This document shows positions 15,598 through 24,206 of a DNA stretch of 54,813 bases, one piece after another (position 1 is the stretch's first letter; every line of letters begins with the position of its first letter). Location of the stretch: IMG/VR virus record IMGVR_UViG_3300002057_000001, positions 1 through 54,813 of that record. One strand, written 5' to 3'. Below the pieces are notes generated by a model. That model was not told the DNA's origin. It did no database searches and saw only the letters and a list, made by a program, of their open reading frames with translations. A program made the position numbers and the translations under genes. Origin of the DNA: a virus.

Positions 15598-16166
15598 GTC
15601 AGTTCCTCAAATTCATCATATTGATTGCCGAAGGCGTCCCAACCGGGCCGCCTCTGACGGGTGAACATATCAAGGCGGTGTTCCGCCTCAGGGGCAAGGC
15701 GCTCAGCGGCCTCATACGCTTCCTCAGGCTTCCTGCTGTTCTCTCTGACCTTGCCGAGAACAACAGAGCGCACACTTGCTGAAAACTTGGGCTTGCCTAT
15801 TTTGCCGATCAGGTACGGCTCACCGGCACCTCTTAGGCAGTATCCGGTGCCGAAATGCTGCTTTCCGTTTTTCGTGAATTTTGCCCAATGCCCTGAGGTG
15901 ACAAATTCAAAACCCCATCCCTTGAGCGTCTGCATCTGGACATCAAGCATAGGATTCGTTGCCCAGAGCCAGAGGATGCAATCATCAGCCGCCATCAAAG
16001 AAACCGGCATCGCCTGAATTTCCTCAAGCGTCATGCAGTCATATTGGCTGACCGGGTTTTTCCCCTCACCCTTTTCAGAGCGGTTCTGAAACAGCCAAGC
16101 CGGGTCACACATGATCAGGCCGTAGCGCCGCCAAGGGATGTCCCTATAATCACGATAAGCGTTCAT
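15534..16166 (-). CDS. MT-A70 family DNA N6-adenine methyltransferase
   Basis: IMCDPAW is a DPPW-type catalytic motif. The remaining pattern, WLWATNP...GWGF...W.K...G.G...R...E..L, is typical of MT-A70. Confidence 0.8.
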   Translation of the reverse strand: MNAYRDYRDIPWRRYGLIMCDPAWLFQNRSEKGEGKNPVSQYDCMTLEEIQAMPVSLMAADDCILWLWATNPMLDVQMQTLKGWGFEFVTSGHWAKFTKNGKQHFGTGYCLRGAGEPYLIGKIGKPKFSASVRSVVLGKVRENSRKPEEAYEAAERLAPEAEHRLDMFTRQRRPGWDAFGNQYDEFEELTWDSINAIRQKPPYVICSQST

Positions 16167-16375
16167 GGCTTGAACGGTGATGATGCAATCTCAAGGCGGA
16201 TAGCCCTGAAACGGCGCTGAGACAGCCCCAGACGGGCACGGATGAGGCAGGGGTGCAGCCCCTTCCTCATCATACCTCTGACGGCTGCTGCCGCCCTGGG
16301 GCGCTTCTGATGCACGGGAACGCGGCGCTTGGGGCCGCCGTTCGCTGCTTTGACCAAGATCACACGAAAGATCAT
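16163..16375 (-). CDS. small basic protein, possible HTH regulator
   Basis: GLHPCLIRARLGLSQRRFRAI looks like a helix-turn-helix. Confidence 0.4.
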   Translation of the reverse strand: MIFRVILVKAANGGPKRRVPVHQKRPRAAAAVRGMMRKGLHPCLIRARLGLSQRRFRAIRLEIASSPFKP

Positions 16376-16854
16376 CAGTGCCGCCCCCGCTCAATCTGAG
16401 CCGCCGTGAGGCGCTGACCGATGATTGACAACGCTTTGTCACGCTGCCGGTATGCCGTGGCCCGTGACATGCCTGCCGCGCTGATTGCTTCCCCGTATTT
16501 CAAGCCGCGCTTGACCTTGCAGATGAGCCAGATGTTGAGCGCCTTGCACTCATCACGCCTGTCAGAGAGATATTCAGCCTGCCACATCAGAACACGTTCC
16601 ATGCGGGAAACATCAGCAGCGCTGAATGACCGGCGCATAGGCTCAGGCTCAGTATCTCTGATCAGCGGCCACTGCTCAGCAAGCCGGTCAAAATCATCCA
16701 TGATGATCTGAGGCATCCCGCTCCCAAACCCGGCAGGCCCAACACGCCCCCCGCTTTTCGCGCACCATTTCAGCGCCTCTGATAGAGCCTCACCCACACG
16801 CTGAGGCGTCCATTCATTCGCGGGGATTTCCCTGCCCTGTTGACTGCTCGACAT
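16375..16854 (-). CDS. putative DNA-binding protein with a C-terminal HTH (sigma region-4-like)
   Basis: AGMSRATAYRQRDKALSII sits at the C-terminus. The gene is translationally coupled to the primase gene. Confidence 0.5.
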   Translation of the reverse strand: MSSSQQGREIPANEWTPQRVGEALSEALKWCAKSGGRVGPAGFGSGMPQIIMDDFDRLAEQWPLIRDTEPEPMRRSFSAADVSRMERVLMWQAEYLSDRRDECKALNIWLICKVKRGLKYGEAISAAGMSRATAYRQRDKALSIIGQRLTAAQIERGRH

Positions 16855-19073
16855 CAGAAATCCCTCATATTTTCGTCATCAGTTCCCCAATAGGAATCAT
16901 CATTACGCTCAGGCGGTTCTTGATGAGCCGGGGGTGCATCCTGCGTAGCATCAGCAACGCTTGTCTGCGTCATCCGGTGCCCCTTCACTCGCCTGCCGGT
17001 CAGCCAAACAAAGGGGTTCTCTTTCCCGATGATGCCTTTTCTCAGCAGGCTTTGCCCAGCGCGTGACATGGCTTTAGCACGGGCATCAAGGCGCTTAGAT
17101 CGCTGCTCATCTGTCTCATCAGAGAGGCCGTCAGTGTCAAAGGCAAGGCTGTCATAAGCAGCCCTGACCAATTTCCACTCAACAACAGAGGTGATGCGTG
17201 AAGGCAGGCCCGCCCCTGAGGGGGGCGGCCCGCCGCTATCCTCAAGCGCTTTCTCAATCGCCCTCAGCATCAGGCTTTCACTGTCTGTGACGTTCGGGCG
17301 CTCATACGCCTCAACATCCGTCCGGGCACCGTCAGGCTGCTGCACAACGCAAGAGGTGACGGCATCACCGTCCTCATCAACACCGATAGCAACGCCTTTC
17401 AGGACAAACCGGAATGTTTGACCGGCCTCACCATCCTTGTTCTTGTCAAGCGTCACCTCACGAAGCTGACGGCGCTTTTCATCGTGCAGGTCAGGCACCT
17501 GCCGGACAAGCAAGACGTTTTCAAGGTTCGCCAGAATTGAGGTATGACCGCGAACCTTGCCGCCGTCTGCGTTCATGTGGTGCACAAGCAGCACGGCGGC
17601 CCCTGTCACCTGAGAGATACGCGCGCAACGCTCAAGCACTTGGCTGACATCCTTGCCGTCATTCTCATTCGCCCCGGCTGTTGCCGTCGAAAACGTGTCA
17701 ATCACGACAAGTTCAAGGGGAACATCAAAGCTGTCTGACCAATGCTGAATCTCATCAATCATCGCCTCAGTATGATCATCACTGCTGTAAAGATCGACGC
17801 GGGAAGGCAGCAGCACGAAAGGCAGTTCAGAGGCCGTGGTGATTCCGTGATGCTCACGATAGGCTCTGATGCGTTTCTTGATACCCTTCGCACCCTCACC
17901 TGCCTGATAGATCACGCCGCCCCTGAGCGTCTTTTTGCCGAACCACGGCAAGCCGCGCGCTATAGAAAGCACCATATCAAGCACAAGGAATGACTTGCCG
18001 GATTTAGACGGCCCCGCAACCATAGCCAGTTCATTGCGAGTAATCAGATTTTTGACAAGCCATTCGTGTTCCGGCCCCGGATCATCCATCTGCTGCCATG
18101 TGACAGCCCTGAATTTTGACTTGAACGGTTCCCGCTCGAATTTTGAGGCCGCATCAGCCAAGTCATAGAGATCATCTGCCGTCTTGCCGGATTCCAGCCA
18201 ATCAACAATGTCACCCTTGAGCGGCAGCCCCGGCAGTTCGATTAGCTTAGTTTCCTTGGTGATGCGCTCAAGATAACCGGCAACAGCCCGTGCATGATCC
18301 TGACCGGGCAGAACCGGGCTGCCGTCATCGTGAAACCTGAGTTCACCCGTTTTCTTGACAACGGCCTGAGGGTCATTGTCAGGGATAACAACAACACTGG
18401 CACCCTTGAAATAGTCATTGAGTTCCCGCTGCCAGTTCCCGGCACCGCGCGGGTTCGTGGTGGCCGGTACGCCCTCATCCCATAGCCTGTCAGCAGATTT
18501 CTCACCCTCAACAATATAGACGGTTTCACCGGCAGCTATTGCTTTCAGCAGTTCAGGCAGCCGGTAAGGGACCATTTCAAGCCCCTTGGTTGACCATTTC
18601 CAGCCATCACGCTCTGCCGGATCAGGACGGCGCTGCCTATAAGATTTTGAGGGTTTGCCCTCAGCAGTTTTTGTGCCGTCCTCAAACCTGACAACCTGAA
18701 AGATCATCTTGCCTGAGGCGTCAAGATAATCCCAATGAGCAACAGGTTTCATCCGGGGCTGATCCTGCCCGCCACCTGATGAGCCTCGCGGGGGCGGTGC
18801 CCCCCGATCCTCAATGTCATAGCCGCGCTCAATCAGCCACTCAACGGCATCCTTGCCCTTGCGGCCCGTCTGCTGATGAATAAACCAGAGGACGCCGCCC
18901 CCCTCATCAGCCCCGTGATCATAAATCGTGCCTTTTTGCAGATCGACTGAAACAGAGCCGTTCGTGCCGAATCGCAGTTCTTTGCCCTGCGTCGAAAGTG
19001 ATTTATTTTCATCACCTAATAATTCACGCGCTACCGCGCCAGCTATTGCTGAAAATTGGTCCGTCGCGGCCAT
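16854..19073 (-). CDS. bifunctional DNA primase/helicase (Toprim domain + RecA-like AAA ATPase)
   Basis: The Toprim signature is YIVEGEKSAD...VVVIPDNDPQ. The Walker A motif is GPSKSGKS and the Walker B-like motif is LVVIDT. The protein is 739 aa. Confidence 0.85.
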   Translation of the reverse strand: MAATDQFSAIAGAVARELLGDENKSLSTQGKELRFGTNGSVSVDLQKGTIYDHGADEGGGVLWFIHQQTGRKGKDAVEWLIERGYDIEDRGAPPPRGSSGGGQDQPRMKPVAHWDYLDASGKMIFQVVRFEDGTKTAEGKPSKSYRQRRPDPAERDGWKWSTKGLEMVPYRLPELLKAIAAGETVYIVEGEKSADRLWDEGVPATTNPRGAGNWQRELNDYFKGASVVVIPDNDPQAVVKKTGELRFHDDGSPVLPGQDHARAVAGYLERITKETKLIELPGLPLKGDIVDWLESGKTADDLYDLADAASKFEREPFKSKFRAVTWQQMDDPGPEHEWLVKNLITRNELAMVAGPSKSGKSFLVLDMVLSIARGLPWFGKKTLRGGVIYQAGEGAKGIKKRIRAYREHHGITTASELPFVLLPSRVDLYSSDDHTEAMIDEIQHWSDSFDVPLELVVIDTFSTATAGANENDGKDVSQVLERCARISQVTGAAVLLVHHMNADGGKVRGHTSILANLENVLLVRQVPDLHDEKRRQLREVTLDKNKDGEAGQTFRFVLKGVAIGVDEDGDAVTSCVVQQPDGARTDVEAYERPNVTDSESLMLRAIEKALEDSGGPPPSGAGLPSRITSVVEWKLVRAAYDSLAFDTDGLSDETDEQRSKRLDARAKAMSRAGQSLLRKGIIGKENPFVWLTGRRVKGHRMTQTSVADATQDAPPAHQEPPERNDDSYWGTDDENMRDF

Positions 19074-19085
19074 TCTGATCCTCGA

Positions 19086-19104
19086 TTTGTCATGTCATGT
19101 CCGG
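19086..19104 (-). promoter_or_regulatory. CCGGACATGACATGACAAA box upstream of the primase gene
   Basis: This 19-mer is identical to 9042..9060. The core box ends 17 nt upstream of the primase ATG. A 16-codon uORF starting in the box overlaps the primase start. Confidence 0.45.
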
Positions 19105-19105
19105 G

Positions 19106-19330
19106 TTATTGAGCCGCATCAAAATCTTTTTCTTTCTGCTCACGTCTCTTTCTCAGCAGTTCTTTGACATCACCGGAAATCTCACCGATTGCATCAAGTA
19201 ACTTGGCTATGTCCTCAAAAACATCAGCCCGCCTAATCTCAACAGCGCGGGGATAATCACCAAAGCCTTTTGCCCCTAGTTCCATATTCCGGCTTCTGAT
19301 CTTGTAGCTTTCATCAAACGCAACTTGCGC
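19106..19330 (-). CDS. hypothetical protein
   Basis: Start refined to MAQVAFDES. Confidence 0.5.
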   Translation of the reverse strand, partial: AQVAFDESYKIRSRNMELGAKGFGDYPRAVEIRRADVFEDIAKLLDAIGEISGDVKELLRKRREQKEKDFDAAQ

Positions 19331-19379
19331 CATTTCCTTCAACCCCGCCCGCTTGCGCCGGGGCGGTTCAGCGTTACCC

Positions 19380-19880
19380 TCAGTCAAAGCCGCTGAGATG
19401 ACAATAATGCAGCCAGATCGCGACGGCATCAGCCGCGTTGTCATCACCCTCAACATCAAAGCCGCGCTCAAGAACAGCGGCCATGACGGCAGCTTTCATC
19501 ACGTCCTTTTTGGGGCGGCAACCTAAAAGCCAATCTCTGACTTTTTGCGCGCGGATTTCCTCAATGTCAGTCACCTGGCACAGATAGAAAGCAGCCGTTG
19601 CAGCAGCAGGGATGCCGCCGAGGCGCAGGCATGTTTTGCGGGTTGTTTTCGGGCCGAGGTGCCGGGGGTCAATCGTCGCCTCATACCGGACGCGGTTGAC
19701 GTTGTGGTCACGGGCAATGTCTGCCCCGAATTTGAACGCTGCCGCATAAACCGCTGCATCAGGGGAACCTACCGGCCCCATGCGCTGTGATCCGAAAACA
19801 GGTTTCTTGCCCGGCGAACCGACACAGAAACCTGTCACGGTTGCAAAATCCATAGCAGCAATACAGGGATAATGAACCAT
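19380..19880 (-). CDS. RuvC-like Holliday junction resolvase
   Basis: An N-terminal IAAMDFATVTG (catalytic Asp), an internal E and a C-terminal DDNAADAVAIW match the RuvC-fold layout. Confidence 0.6.
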   Translation of the reverse strand: MVHYPCIAAMDFATVTGFCVGSPGKKPVFGSQRMGPVGSPDAAVYAAAFKFGADIARDHNVNRVRYEATIDPRHLGPKTTRKTCLRLGGIPAAATAAFYLCQVTDIEEIRAQKVRDWLLGCRPKKDVMKAAVMAAVLERGFDVEGDDNAADAVAIWLHYCHLSGFD

Positions 19881-20146
19881 CAGGCAGCCTCAAAATTCAG
19901 GTGAGGCAAGACAGGGGCCAAGGTGACAACGCCTGCCTGAGTGATGATCAGAGGCGTCCGGCCTACCTCAACCGTCCGATTCCCGCGCTTTTCAGTTTCA
20001 ATGCGCTCACCCACGATTGAGCCGTCATTGGCGAAAATTTCATTCAATTCCCCGAAGGAATTGAAAAGATATTCCGGCTCAAACAGGAACCACATATTCG
20101 CGTTCGTGTTGCGGGAAATCATTGTCGTTGTGACAGTGAGAATCAT
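19880..20146 (-). CDS. hypothetical protein
   Basis: Start refined to MILTVTT, with GGAG 9 nt upstream. The track start is at 20197. Confidence 0.45.
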   Translation of the reverse strand: MILTVTTTMISRNTNANMWFLFEPEYLFNSFGELNEIFANDGSIVGERIETEKRGNRTVEVGRTPLIITQAGVVTLAPVLPHLNFEAA

Positions 20147-20349
20147 CTGCTGAAGCTCCATGCGAAAACACGCGCTTGCCCTAAGGGGCCGCGACACAGT
20201 GCGTTCTGATTTTTTGAAAAGGTCATCTGTCTGCCTGTCATGTCATTTAGGTAATTTAGAGAGGTGCAGCGCGGTCAGATCACTGCACCTCTCAGGCCGA
20301 TTCGCGCAGGCTTCCTTGGGAGAACAGGAGCGCGCAGGGTCAGGCCACC

Positions 20350-20787
20350 CTATGCGGTTGCGGCATCCGCTTTCTTGCCGTCAGCAAGGCCGACCACGTT
20401 GTCAGCTTTCTTGCCGTTGCCGTCATCCTGATTGTGACGGCGGGCAAAGATTTCCTCACTGATGCCCTTGAAGCGCTCGCCCATATCATCGAAGGCGTCA
20501 ACCTCATCAAACATGCCCAGCTTGTGAGCGTATTCAATCACGCCGCGCAGGGCACCCTGCCGTTTCGTTTCTTCCATCTTTTCAAGGCCGAGGACAAACG
20601 CCAGACCTTTCTTTTCCAAGCCGTGCTTTTCGATGGCCTTTTTGATGTGCTGACCGGCGTTGCCGTTATGCTCAGAGGCTTTTGCCTTTTCACGGGCAAC
20701 ATCCTTGACCAGCTTTTTCAGAGCGGCCTGTGCGATGCCGTCATCCTTGGCGGCAGATGCGGGTGCGGTCGATTTCTTGTCAGTCAT
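20350..20787 (-). CDS. GapR/DUF2312-like DNA-binding protein with an extended tail
   Basis: IKKAIEKHGLEKKGLAFVLGLEKMEETKRQGALRGVIEYAHKLGM parallels the GapR core (GFDVKVLKKVVRIRKQD..KRQEE..ILDLY...IG) as I recall it. Confidence 0.45.
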   Translation of the reverse strand: MTDKKSTAPASAAKDDGIAQAALKKLVKDVAREKAKASEHNGNAGQHIKKAIEKHGLEKKGLAFVLGLEKMEETKRQGALRGVIEYAHKLGMFDEVDAFDDMGERFKGISEEIFARRHNQDDGNGKKADNVVGLADGKKADAATA

Positions 20788-20811
20788 GTCAGTGATCCCC
20801 TTTGGGTTTGA

Positions 20812-21177
20812 TCAAGCAGTTGCGGTTTCAGAGGACGTTTCACGTAGGCTGGCGGCCTTGCCTCTGACAGTCTCGACCGCAGCGTGTTCAATAGGCTTTT
20901 CAGCACGGCTCATAGCTGTTGCCGGATCAGGGCGAGGAACGCCCTCAGGCCACGGCAGATCAGGGGGCCAGACCGCTGAAAAGTTTTCAAGGGCGCGATC
21001 ATGCGTTGAGACGCGAAAACCGTCATTGCCCCGCACACCGTCAAGATACTGACGGGCACCACCAACAATCACGCCTATAGCAGATTTTGTCATGCCGGTA
21101 TGACGCATCAACGCTTTGAAAAGCGCCTCAGTGTCAGCACGAAAAGTCTCAAGGTAAGGGCGCGTTGTCTGTGTCAT
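20812..21177 (-). CDS. first gene of the leftward block; possible HTH regulator
   Basis: 121 aa. TGMTKSAIGVIVGGARQYLDGV looks like an HTH. The gene lies at the divergent control region. Confidence 0.5.
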   Translation of the reverse strand: MTQTTRPYLETFRADTEALFKALMRHTGMTKSAIGVIVGGARQYLDGVRGNDGFRVSTHDRALENFSAVWPPDLPWPEGVPRPDPATAMSRAEKPIEHAAVETVRGKAASLRETSSETATA

Positions 21178-21260
21178 AGCTGATCCTTAGAACGCCGTGA
21201 CTGTGATGTGCAAGGAAAATTTGCGTTGCAGCGCTGAAAGATTTTTCTCAGCTTCGCGCG

Positions 21261-21269
21261 TGGTATAAT
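21261..21269 (+). promoter_or_regulatory. extended -10 promoter element TGGTATAAT (rightward)
   Basis: A perfect TATAAT at 21264..21269 has TG at 21261..21262. No good -35 is present. It lies 230 nt upstream of the first rightward gene. Confidence 0.5.
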
Positions 21270-21319
21270 TCTACCAAGACCAATTACTAAAAGAGAGGTA
21301 AGAGGAAATGGTTGTGTTA

Positions 21320-21341
21320 GGGGGGGGCTTAAAGCCCCCCC
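21320..21341. other. G8/C7 hairpin (GGGGGGGCTT-A-AAGCCCCCCC)
   Basis: 10-nt complementary arms lie at 21321..21330 and 21332..21341 in the rightward leader, with no flanking T-tract. Confidence 0.8.
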
Positions 21342-21394
21342 TACCCCCAACCGTTATAACCAATAATACTAGATTTCTCTTTTTGTAAAGATGG

Positions 21395-21426
21395 GCAAGA
21401 AAACTTTTTTGCAAAAAAACTCTTGC
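21395..21426. promoter_or_regulatory. dyad GCAAGA-N4-TTTTTTGCAAAAAA-N2-TCTTGC
   Basis: A perfect 14-bp palindrome at 21405..21418 is flanked by the inverted pair GCAAGA/TCTTGC. Confidence 0.5.
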
Positions 21427-21488
21427 TTTCACACCGCGTCCCGAATTATCCGTCAAGGCATAGCAGAAACCTGTTCTGCAAATTCCTA

Positions 21489-21502
21489 CCGGACATGACA
21501 TG
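21489..21502 (+). promoter_or_regulatory. CCGGACATGACATG box (plus orientation) ending in the exonuclease start codon
   Basis: This is an exact 14-mer. Its orientation follows the gene direction, and there is no SD upstream of the ATG at 21500. Confidence 0.45.
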
Positions 21503-22516
21503 CAGCATCAGCCGCCCAAGCACATCAAGAAATTACAGTTCAGCAATGAGCGTGAATGGCTGGCCGCGCGTCAGTCTGACGTGACTGCATCCGTGGCCGG
21601 TGCCTTGTTCGGACTGCATCAGTTCACAACGCCCTATGCACTTTGGGCAGACAAGGCCGGTAAACTGCCCCCTGAGGATGCAGCCGGGAATGAGGCAATC
21701 CTGAGGGGCAAGCTGCTTGAGCCTGTTGCTGTTGCTCTGATGCGCCGGACGTGTCCGGCTTGGGAAATCATTCACAACACTGATGATGAAACCGTGTACT
21801 ACCGGGATGAGGTGAACCGCATAGGCGCAACACCTGACACGCTCATCATCTGCCCTGAGCGCGGCCCCGGAACCGTTCAGATCAAGAGCGTTGAGTCATC
21901 TATCTTTCGCAAGAAATGGTGCGCTGAGGGTGAACCTGAGCCGCCTTTGTGGATTGCTATTCAGGCAATCATTGAGGCTTACATGACCGGCAGTGAATGG
22001 GCTGCCGTCGCGCCTCTTGTCGTCGGGCACGGCCTTGAAATGCCCATCATTGAAATCCCGCTTGCTGACAACATTATGCCTGCGGTGATCCGCAAGGCTG
22101 CCGAGTTCTGGGCGCTTGTCAAAAGCGGTGATGAGCCGGAACCTGATTTCTCAAAAGATCAGGGGATCATTGACCGGCTTGCCGGGGCTGACGGTGATGA
22201 GGTTGATCTTGTGAGCAATCGCCGCGCCTATCAGCTTGTTGAGGACCGCGCCCGCGCCCGTGATGCCTACGTGAGCGCTGAGCAGCAGATTGCTGAGATT
22301 GACGCGGAATTGAAACACCTGATGCGCGGTGCCTCATTGGCATATCTGCCCGCTGGCCTTCGCATGACGTGGCGTGAAAGCCGTAGGGTTGCCCCTGATG
22401 GCCGGGTGACGCGGTATCGCGTTCTGAGGGTGCCACGGCCCGCTGAATTGGTGCTGCCGCCCACGGCAGCGCCAGAGGCCGCCAAGCCAGTTGATTCTGA
22501 CAAATGGAAATTCTGA
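21500..22516 (+). CDS. YqaJ-type (lambda Exo-like) recombination exonuclease
   Basis: EWLAARQSDVTASVAGALFGLHQFTTPYALW is the YqaJ N-terminal signature. The protein is 338 aa. Confidence 0.75.
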   Translation: MQHQPPKHIKKLQFSNEREWLAARQSDVTASVAGALFGLHQFTTPYALWADKAGKLPPEDAAGNEAILRGKLLEPVAVALMRRTCPAWEIIHNTDDETVYYRDEVNRIGATPDTLIICPERGPGTVQIKSVESSIFRKKWCAEGEPEPPLWIAIQAIIEAYMTGSEWAAVAPLVVGHGLEMPIIEIPLADNIMPAVIRKAAEFWALVKSGDEPEPDFSKDQGIIDRLAGADGDEVDLVSNRRAYQLVEDRARARDAYVSAEQQIAEIDAELKHLMRGASLAYLPAGLRMTWRESRRVAPDGRVTRYRVLRVPRPAELVLPPTAAPEAAKPVDSDKWKF

Positions 22517-22535
22517 ACCTGAAAGGACTGATCTG

Positions 22536-23318
22536 ATGAGTGATGATCAACTACCGCCGAAAGATCACAATGAGCCGCCGTTTGAAGAATTGATGACGGA
22601 AACTCACAAGGATTTGCTTGACCGCTTGCAGCGCCTTGCAGCGATGACAACGGATTCTGTTGCCGATCTTCGCCCCGGTGAAAAGAAACCGCCTGTGATC
22701 AACACAGATGCTCAGGTGATGACGATTGCACCACTGGCAAAGGAAGCCCGCGCCCTGTTCGGGCTGCTTGAGAAAGAGCGGGAAAAAGAGAAAGCACCTC
22801 ACCTCAAGGCGGGCAGGGAAACTGATGCTTTTTTTGGAAGTCATAAAGATCGCGCGAAGCGCATCTATGAAACCCTTGAAAATCTTGCCTCTGATTTTCA
22901 GACACGTAAGATTGCCGCTGAACGGGCAGCAGCCCAGGCTGAGGCAAAAAAGCGTGAGGATGCAGCAGAAAAGCTGCGTCAAGATGCTGAAAAAGCCAAA
23001 CGGCCTGAAACCTCTGAGCGCAAAATTCAGCAGGCTGAGCAAGAGGAACGGCTTGCTGATGCAGCTATTGCTGATGCCTCAGCCTCTAACGCCGCCCTCG
23101 GCGGGGTTCGTCAGGATGGCAAGACGGTTGCCACCGCTCGCACTCAATGGGTGGCAACGGTCACGGATTTTGACGTGATCCCGCTCGAAAAGCTGCGCCC
23201 GTATCTTGACCGGGCTGCCGTTGACAAAGCGCTGAAAGCCTATGTCAAAATTCACAAGGGTTCATCAGAAATCCCCGGCGTGACTTTCACTGAACAGGCG
23301 AAAACGCAGTTTCGTTGA
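22536..23318 (+). CDS. hypothetical Lys/Glu-rich coiled-coil protein
   Basis: Start refined to MSDDQLPP. It lies between the exonuclease and the tRNA-like element. Confidence 0.6.
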   Translation: MSDDQLPPKDHNEPPFEELMTETHKDLLDRLQRLAAMTTDSVADLRPGEKKPPVINTDAQVMTIAPLAKEARALFGLLEKEREKEKAPHLKAGRETDAFFGSHKDRAKRIYETLENLASDFQTRKIAAERAAAQAEAKKREDAAEKLRQDAEKAKRPETSERKIQQAEQEERLADAAIADASASNAALGGVRQDGKTVATARTQWVATVTDFDVIPLEKLRPYLDRAAVDKALKAYVKIHKGSSEIPGVTFTEQAKTQFR

Positions 23319-23323
23319 AAACC

Positions 23324-23427
23324 TGAGGTGCTTGGTGCCGTACTAGGTTCGATTCCTAGCCGTTTATGAGCGGTCGCATGGTGCGGATTAAGACTTATAA
23401 CAGGCGGTTCGATTCCGCCCGCCTCAA
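23324..23427 (+). ncRNA. tRNA-like element with two T-arms (non-canonical; not a standard cloverleaf)
   Basis: GGTTCGATTCC occurs at 23346..23356 and 23406..23416, each inside a 5-bp stem / 7-nt loop hairpin. TGAGGTG at 23324..23330 can pair with CGCCTCA at 23420..23426 as a 7-bp acceptor-like stem. Confidence 0.4.
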
Positions 23428-23462
23428 CAATCTCTGAACCTCTGACACAAGGAAAATGACAG

Positions 23463-24161
23463 ATGAAAATGGAATATCTTGTTCTTGACACCGAAACCAC
23501 CGGCCTTTTCAATTTCAGCCGTCCCGCTGATGAGGCGGGGCAGCCCCGGCTTGCAAACGTACACATGATCAGCGCTGACAAGAATGGTGCGCCCATTCAG
23601 GCGCATGATTTCATCATCAAGCCTGATCACACCTGGACTGATGCAGATTTTGACAATCTGGAAAGCCCCAGCAATCCGAATCCCCTTACCCGCGCTCAGC
23701 TTGAAGCTGAGGGCGTACCGATCCGGCAGGTTCTTGAGTGCTATACTGAGGCACTGATTGAACACGGCCTGATCTTGGTTGCTCACAACGCTCAGTTTGA
23801 CGCTAAGGTGATGCGCGCTGAATTGCGCCGCGCCGGTATGGATGATCTTTTTGACCGCACCCCGAACATCTGCACGATGCGCGGGATGCAGAAAGTCATC
23901 GGCGGAAAATGGCCGAAGTTGGTTGAAGCCTTGGCGCATATCGGGGAAACGCTCGAAAACGCTCACAGCGCTGATGCTGACACTGACGGTGCCCGCAAGT
24001 TGCTCACATGGATGATCAATACCGGCAACCTGCCTGATGCAGCCGTTCACAAGGCGAAAGAGGGCAGCAAATCTGCTCAGGCTCACGCTGCCCGGAAAGA
24101 CAGCAAGCCGATTCCCCCCGCCTCAGACAGCAAGCGCGGTGACATCCCCAGCGAGTTCTGA
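23463..24161 (+). CDS. DEDDh 3'-5' exonuclease (DnaQ/epsilon-like)
   Basis: The three motifs are ExoI LVLDTETTG, ExoII LVAHNAQFDAKVM and ExoIII HSADADTDG. Confidence 0.8.
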   Translation: MKMEYLVLDTETTGLFNFSRPADEAGQPRLANVHMISADKNGAPIQAHDFIIKPDHTWTDADFDNLESPSNPNPLTRAQLEAEGVPIRQVLECYTEALIEHGLILVAHNAQFDAKVMRAELRRAGMDDLFDRTPNICTMRGMQKVIGGKWPKLVEALAHIGETLENAHSADADTDGARKLLTWMINTGNLPDAAVHKAKEGSKSAQAHAARKDSKPIPPASDSKRGDIPSEF

Positions 24162-24206
24162 TTGAACCGCTGAACCGCAAACACTCTTGAAAGAGGACAT
24201 CCGAAA

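Noticed and set aside
21271-21501. 76-aa minus-strand ORF in the divergent control region
   Set aside because: It spans the promoter, the G/C hairpin and the A/T palindrome, and its sequence (GGRGGFKPPPN) derives from the homopolymer runs.
23319-23462. tRNA-like element as attP core
   Set aside because: No integrase or excisionase was recognised anywhere in the genome. It is kept as a finding, but not as an att site.
23424-24086. 220-aa minus-strand ORF
   Set aside because: It is antisense to the DEDDh exonuclease gene, whose three Exo motifs are unambiguous.
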